From positions 1 to 42,185 of the forward strand of contig JAMOPO010000029.1 in NCBI GenBank assembly GCA_027064425.1: a stretch of DNA of 42,185 bases, written 5' to 3'. The number at the start of each line of letters is the position of its first letter. Position 1 is the first letter of the stretch. The stretch is from Methanobacteriota archaeon. Lineage in GTDB: Archaea; JAADCQ01; Methanopyri; Methanopyrales; Methanopyraceae. The position numbers and the translations under genes were made by a program. Below, one piece after another: positions 37,452 to 42,185 of the stretch. The notes below the pieces were generated by a model. That model did not search any database. It had not been told where the DNA came from and saw only the letters and a list, made by a program, of their open reading frames with translations.

Positions 37452-38988
37452 CTTTGTAATCGCCAGGCGGCGAAGACCGGAACCGCGCCAGCCCGCGTGG
37501 CGGAGGGAGCGGCTCCCGGGGACCGTGACGACGGTGGGGGCGCGCCTTGCTCCACCCGCGCGCCCTCCTCGGGATCCTCACCCTACCCGTCGTCCGCCGC
37601 TCGCTCCTGCTACTCGTCGCCATCCTCCTCGCCGGCACCCTCGCCTTCCACCTCCTCGAGGGCTGGCCCCTCCTCACCTCGCTCTACTTCACCGCCGCCA
37701 CGATCACCACCGTCGGGTACGGGGACTTGACCCCCACCACCACAACCGGCCGCGCCCTCAGCGTCCTCCTCATGTTCTCCGGCATCGGCCTGGCCTCCTA
37801 CACCCTCGCCGACCTCGCCCGCCTCACCCTCCGCGGGGAGCTCTCCATGGCCCTCCGAGAGGACACCCTCCGGCGGAGGGTCCAGCGCGCCGAGGACCAC
37901 CTCATCGTCTGCGGGTACGGGCGCACCGGCCGCCGGGTCGCCCGGCTCGCCACCGAGCAGTACCGCTTCGAGGTGGTTGTAATCGACCGCGACGAGCGCG
38001 CCTACGAGGCCGCCGTCGGCCACGGCCTCCCCGCCATTCACGGCGACGCCACCCGGGAGGAGACGCTCCGGGAGGCCAACATCGACCGCGCCCGCGCCCT
38101 CATCGTCGCCACCGGTGACGACCGCACCAACGTGTTCGTCACTCTCCTCGCCAAGAACCTCAACCCCGACCTCCACGTCACCGCCACCGCCCACAGCCGG
38201 GAGGGCGCCCGCCTCCTCAAGCGAGCCGGCGCCGACGAGGTCGTCTTCATCCACGACTGCGCCTCCAAGCACATCGTCCGCGCCGCCCTCGCCCCGCTCC
38301 AGCTCCGCATCACCGTCCGCCACACCGTCGACGAGATCCGCGACGTCATGTCCATCATCATCGGCCACGGCGGCGTCGTCCAGGGCGTCGAGTACTACAC
38401 CCCACCTCTCCGCACCCCCATCCGCCGCGACGTTCTCATCACCGACATGAGGGAGGTCCTCCGCTTCGTCGAGCGCCTCGAGCGGGACCCCGACCTCCGC
38501 CGCGCCCTCGAGCGCGTGTACGAGCTCTCCGAGAACGTGCACTCCTACTACGTGATCGTCCACAACGAGGAGGAGCGCAAGCGCATACTCCGCGAGCTCG
38601 ACCGGCGCGACTACCTCGTCGGCGTCGACCTCACCATCGACGAGATCCTCCGGGAGATCGAGCGACTGCGGGAGGAGGGGTGATCCCCGGCGTCCGCCCC
38701 GCTCGGCTTCCCGCCCCCCGCCTCTCTTTGTAATCAGATGGAGGAGCGGCCGCAGGTGCGTGCCAAGGCACCCTCCCTCTTGTGATCGCACGAGCCAGCC
38801 GGGCCCGACCCCACCGGCCCAGTGCCCCGGCGTCATCCTCTCCTTTGTAATCAGTCGTGGTCGGTGCCTTAGGTGCCGACGGCTGAGCTACCGATCGGTG
38901 TTCTCCAGCGCTAGCGTGGAAGCCGCAGGCAGTTTCGGGCGGGACGTCCAGCTCCGGAACATTTTTATCATCCAGCCCGATTACAAAG
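37452..38988. repeat. Dispersed CTTTGTAATC repeats
   Basis: Exact copies at 37452, 38726 and 38843, an inverted copy at 38979, and a variant at 38778. Confidence 0.85.
37547..38683 (+). CDS. Potassium channel with RCK (TrkA-N) domain and a probable C-terminal 3H domain
   Basis: Selectivity filter TTVGYGD between two TM helices; ICGYGRTG Rossmann motif, GDAT, GADEV. Confidence 0.93.
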   Translation: MLHPRALLGILTLPVVRRSLLLLVAILLAGTLAFHLLEGWPLLTSLYFTAATITTVGYGDLTPTTTTGRALSVLLMFSGIGLASYTLADLARLTLRGELSMALREDTLRRRVQRAEDHLIVCGYGRTGRRVARLATEQYRFEVVVIDRDERAYEAAVGHGLPAIHGDATREETLREANIDRARALIVATGDDRTNVFVTLLAKNLNPDLHVTATAHSREGARLLKRAGADEVVFIHDCASKHIVRAALAPLQLRITVRHTVDEIRDVMSIIIGHGGVVQGVEYYTPPLRTPIRRDVLITDMREVLRFVERLERDPDLRRALERVYELSENVHSYYVIVHNEEERKRILRELDRRDYLVGVDLTIDEILREIERLREEG

Positions 38989-39021
38989 GAGTGGCCAGCC
39001 CGGAGCCAGGGGTGGCGGGCC

Positions 39022-39615
39022 GTGTCCTGGGTCAATGTCCCGCTACCCTCCGACCCCGTGGAACGCATTCGATGCCTTCGTGTGCTGCGCGAGGCGTACC
39101 GCCGACAGGTCAAGCCCGAGCTGCGGGAGACGTACCGCAGGATCGGCGGGAGGACGTACGGCCCGTACTACGTCGCGTACTTCAAGCGGGCGCGCGGGTT
39201 CAAGCACCCGCGCCTCATCTACCTGGGTAAGTCGAACCCGAGCGTGGAGTTCGTCGAGTGGCTGGCCGAGCAGCCTGAAAAGAAGGTTCTCAAGCTCGCC
39301 CGGCTCGCCGTCCGGCACCTCCGCGCGGCGCTCGAGCGCCTGGTTGAGGAGGCCTCTAAGGCCGAGCACGTGCGCCGCCTCGTCGCCAGGACCCTCGCGC
39401 TCGCCTTCGACCTCCCGCCCGCGGGCTCGACCAGGCTCCGAAGCCTGCTCAAGCGCGCCCCACGCTTCACCCGGATCGTCCTCGGCCCCTGGGAGGCCTG
39501 GTTCGCAGAGAACGTGCTCCGCAGGCTGCTGTACCGCCGGTCCCGGAATGGTGAGCACTGGGTACCGGACGTGCAGCTCGAGCTTGAGAGGTGGCGGCTC
39601 AGGCGCGCGGAGTGA
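39022..39615 (+). CDS. Methanopyrus-specific basic protein, DUF1678-like
   Basis: LP.DPVERIR.LRVLRE, TYR..GG..YGPYYVA, IYLGKS.N.SV.FVEWL; family recalled from memory. Confidence 0.7.
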   Translation: MSWVNVPLPSDPVERIRCLRVLREAYRRQVKPELRETYRRIGGRTYGPYYVAYFKRARGFKHPRLIYLGKSNPSVEFVEWLAEQPEKKVLKLARLAVRHLRAALERLVEEASKAEHVRRLVARTLALAFDLPPAGSTRLRSLLKRAPRFTRIVLGPWEAWFAENVLRRLLYRRSRNGEHWVPDVQLELERWRLRRAE

Positions 39616-39662
39616 GCCCGGTTCGGCGTACGGTCACTGGTTAGCTCCGAGTCGGCCCACGG

Positions 39663-41663
39663 CTAGTGCGGCTGGGCCAGGGAGTACTGGAGCCTCGAGG
39701 CCAGGCTCGGTATTGGTCGGGGTACGGTAATGGACACACGCACCTCGGTGGTCGGTGTGGAGAGGAGGTGCTGGGGTAGGATCACGAGTAGCTCGAGGAG
39801 GTAGGAGAGGAGCGAGGGTAGGGCTAGCGCCTCCAGGAACCAGCGTGGTGGGCTCAGGGCGAAGACCAGGATGGGACCGCCGAGCTCTAGAGCGTAGATC
39901 GGGGCGAGCGCGGGGTACTCCAGGCACGTGATCGCGGCGTCCAGGAGGTAAGTGATCGCGCTGGTGATCGGGTCGGGACCCTCACCATTGTCCGAGGCGA
40001 GGTAAAGCACGTAGGCGAGTGGTGGCGGGGGCACGGTGATCAGCGTGCCCTGGATCGCGAGCCAGGCGAGATCGCAAGCCGCCCCGATCGGACCCTCCTC
40101 GATCAGTTCTCGGAGGCAACGCCCGACGTACTTGACGGGGTTCAGGAGGACGCGTCTGAGCGTGCCCCACCAGGGCTCGTTGATGCTGTACGCCTCGTCC
40201 AACACCCACTGGACGAAGCGGGCGAGGGCTCCAACGAGTGGTAAGGGCAGGCCCGTGCCGGCCGCGATGAGTCGGAGGCCCCAGAGCCCCAGCGGGAGCG
40301 CCCCGAACACGCCCTCTTGGACGTACGCGCCGGTGAGCGCGTAGGTGAGGAGGCCGAGGTAGTAGCGGCTGGCGAGCGTGGCGAGGCAGGCGGCGAGCCC
40401 TAGGAGCGCGTACTCGGGCGGGAGCCTCGGTGGGGTGATGAGGAACCCGTCGACGAGTGACCGTGGAAGCCCGAGCGCGTCGTTCAGGGCTCGCACAAGG
40501 CAGGCGGTGGAGAGGCCGAGCAGAACGTTGGCCACCTCCTCGCTCGATGGGAACGAGCCCGGTGGGATGGGCAGGTCCGGTGAGATCCGCAGTGTCACTT
40601 CGTACGTGATTGGGCCGGAGCCTCCCTCCGGGTAATACAGGTAGTACCAGTGGATGAGCGTGACCGGGTCGCTGTCGCTCGGGTGCTCGATGACCGGCTC
40701 GAGCGCGCGCAGGTTCTCGACCGCCTCCGCCCGAACCCGCTCGATTCGAACCTCCACGTAGCGCGGGCCGAGGAGCGGGACCACGACTCGCCCGGGCCGC
40801 ACGAGGTACTCGAACGCGCCGACCCGCCGGTCCCTCCAGTAGAGCTCGACCCGCAGGCGGACCGGTCCGGTCGGTACCGTAAGCGTGGCGAAGCTCGGCG
40901 CTTCCTTCCACTCCGAGTCCAACCGAACCTCCTTACCGTCAGTGCGGACGGTCACCAGAGTCCTGGCGTCAAACGATGCTCCGGCGGTCGCGCACAGTTC
41001 CATCCGGTCGCTGTAGAAGGCCAGGGTGAGAGAAGGAAGCGGGAACCCCTTGACCAGCGGTCCCAGCGATCTCAGCGCCACCGCCCGGGGTCTCGTCACC
41101 GCGACGCGCCCGGTGAACTCGGTCGAGCGGTGCTCGAAGCGGTCTCTCGTCCTTACGATGCCGCGGATCACGAGTTCGATTCGGTCGGCCGTCAACTCGA
41201 CCGTGGGTCGGACCGTGACCTCCACAACCTCCCTTCCGACGCGTCGGACGACCTTAACCTCGGGCAGGTTCGCCCCGGCGCACTCCACGGACAGCGGGAA
41301 CTCCAGCGCCGACGCCTCCACGACGATGGGTCTCCCTGGCTCGTCAGCGTGCACCCACCACGGCAGTTCCGCGAGGTACTTCCCGCGGTACTTCACCCGC
41401 AGGAACACGGAGAACTCCGTCAGGACGCGGTCGAGGCGGCGCGTGACCTCGCTCTTCGCCGGCCCGTGCCCGTCCCAGACGCACCGTGCCAGGACCTCGC
41501 CCGTGCTACTGTCCTGGATTACCAGCTCCAGGGTCAGGTGCCTCGTCGGCTGGTCGTCCCCTCGGACGTCCAGGTGGGCGCTCGGCTCCGCGTGCGCCGG
41601 AGCCGGGGCGTCGAGCAGGATCAGGATGATTGGAACCAGGGCTCCGGCGGTCACGGCGATCAC
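39663..41663 (-). CDS. Large hypothetical membrane protein
   Basis: 666 codons: signal peptide, beta-rich extracellular region, multi-TM C-terminus; codon usage less biased than the housekeeping genes. Confidence 0.65.
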   Translation of the reverse strand: MIAVTAGALVPIILILLDAPAPAHAEPSAHLDVRGDDQPTRHLTLELVIQDSSTGEVLARCVWDGHGPAKSEVTRRLDRVLTEFSVFLRVKYRGKYLAELPWWVHADEPGRPIVVEASALEFPLSVECAGANLPEVKVVRRVGREVVEVTVRPTVELTADRIELVIRGIVRTRDRFEHRSTEFTGRVAVTRPRAVALRSLGPLVKGFPLPSLTLAFYSDRMELCATAGASFDARTLVTVRTDGKEVRLDSEWKEAPSFATLTVPTGPVRLRVELYWRDRRVGAFEYLVRPGRVVVPLLGPRYVEVRIERVRAEAVENLRALEPVIEHPSDSDPVTLIHWYYLYYPEGGSGPITYEVTLRISPDLPIPPGSFPSSEEVANVLLGLSTACLVRALNDALGLPRSLVDGFLITPPRLPPEYALLGLAACLATLASRYYLGLLTYALTGAYVQEGVFGALPLGLWGLRLIAAGTGLPLPLVGALARFVQWVLDEAYSINEPWWGTLRRVLLNPVKYVGRCLRELIEEGPIGAACDLAWLAIQGTLITVPPPPLAYVLYLASDNGEGPDPITSAITYLLDAAITCLEYPALAPIYALELGGPILVFALSPPRWFLEALALPSLLSYLLELLVILPQHLLSTPTTEVRVSITVPRPIPSLASRLQYSLAQPH

Positions 41664-41767
41664 CCCGCCGGCCGGTCTTCCTTCTCTCCGTCCGTAGGGT
41701 CAGAGAGGGCCTCGTAAGCGGCTCGCGGGGCTGGGGCCGTGGTGCGCCCGCGCGGGCGTTCGGGCGA

Positions 41768-41782
41768 CGGAAAAGTTATTAG
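41768..41782 (+). promoter_or_regulatory. tRNA-Ser promoter (BRE + TATA)
   Basis: CGGAAAAGTTATTAG about 30 nt upstream of the tRNA. Confidence 0.7.
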
Positions 41783-41812
41783 CATGTAATCTCGTTAACC
41801 GGCCTCGGAGAA

Positions 41813-41903
41813 GCCGGGGCGGCCGAGCCCGGTCCAAGGCGCGGGACTTGAGATCCCGTGGCCCGTATGGGCCGCCCGGGTTCAAATCCCGGCCCCGGCG
41901 CCA
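41813..41903 (+). tRNA. tRNA-Ser(UGA), encoded CCA, C at position 8
   Basis: Acceptor GCCGGGG/CCCCGGC, anticodon arm CGGGA-CT-TGA-GA-TCCCG, long variable arm, discriminator G, then CCA. Confidence 0.97.
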
Positions 41904-41908
41904 TCGAG

Positions 41909-41930
41909 AATCGTTACGGAGTTCGTAACG
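41909..41930 (+). repeat. Palindrome AAT-CGTTACG-N5-CGTAACG
   Basis: Perfect 7-bp arms beginning 8 nt after the tRNA-Ser CCA. Confidence 0.85.
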
Positions 41931-41946
41931 TTGCGCGGTGGGCGCG

Positions 41947-42185
41947 TCACCGCTCGACGTGCACCCCGGCGCCCTCCTCGACGCGGCCGATGACGGTGAG
42001 GTCGAGCTCCTCGACGAGCTCCTCCGGCGCGCAGACGAGGTACTCGAAGTCCTCCCCACCCTCGAGGGCGAGGTCGAGTGGGTCTCGGTCGAGCTCGGTG
42101 GCGACGTCCTCGACGCGCGGGTGCACGGGGACGCGCTCGGCCTCGATGACGAGCTTGACCTGGGAGCGTCGGGCGATGATCTCGG
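41947..42185 (-). CDS. thiL: Thiamine-monophosphate kinase, 3' part (not in the ORF track)
   Basis: Translation ...DPLDLALEGGEDFEYLV...TVIGRVEEG.GV..ER* carries the ThiL GGEDxE motif. Confidence 0.8.
   Translation of the reverse strand, partial: EIIARRSQVKLVIEAERVPVHPRVEDVATELDRDPLDLALEGGEDFEYLVCAPEELVEELDLTVIGRVEEGAGVHVER

Noticed and set aside
38700-39000. CRISPR array or IS ends
   Set aside because: The repeats are only 10 bp, irregularly spaced and in mixed orientation; no cas or transposase gene is in the window.
41813-41903. Possible selenocysteine or suppressor tRNA because of TGA in the loop
   Set aside because: Anticodon TGA reads UCA (Ser); tRNA-Sec needs anticodon TCA and a longer acceptor arm.
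37301-41903. Integrated element with tRNA attL/attR
   Set aside because: Both tRNAs are complete, have their own promoters and different identities, and no integrase is present.

Overview
GC-rich archaeal chromosomal segment, almost certainly from Methanopyrus (archaeal 16S 5' end, methanogenesis marker genes, hdrBC, and tRNA genes with C instead of U at position 8). It is mostly housekeeping: the 16S rRNA 5' end, mptG, nop5-fibrillarin, a PiT transporter, pyrD/pyrK, fen, hdrCB, ribL, an mmp5-mmp15-mmp17-nifB-like-mmp7 operon, priS-cofC-purP-thiDN, RNA methyltransferases, an ABC transporter, a K+ channel, tRNA-Leu(UAA), tRNA-Ser(UGA) and the thiL 3' end. Five things are not explained by the ORF track. 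(1) About ten box C/D guide sRNAs, some built into stop or start codons. (2) A sharp C-rich to G-rich strand switch, independent of gene orientation, centred on a symmetric AT-rich intergenic region at ~23340-23660 between an orphan basic protein and priS; this is a candidate replication origin. (3) A recurring 19-bp palindrome CGTTAYG-N5-CRTAACG beside stable-RNA genes and at the edge of that region. (4) A cluster of CTTTGTAATC repeats upstream of a DUF1678-like gene. (5) A NifB-like radical SAM gene inside the MCR-activation operon. All product calls come from motif recognition by eye; rRNA targets outside the window are recalled conserved sequences and need checking.
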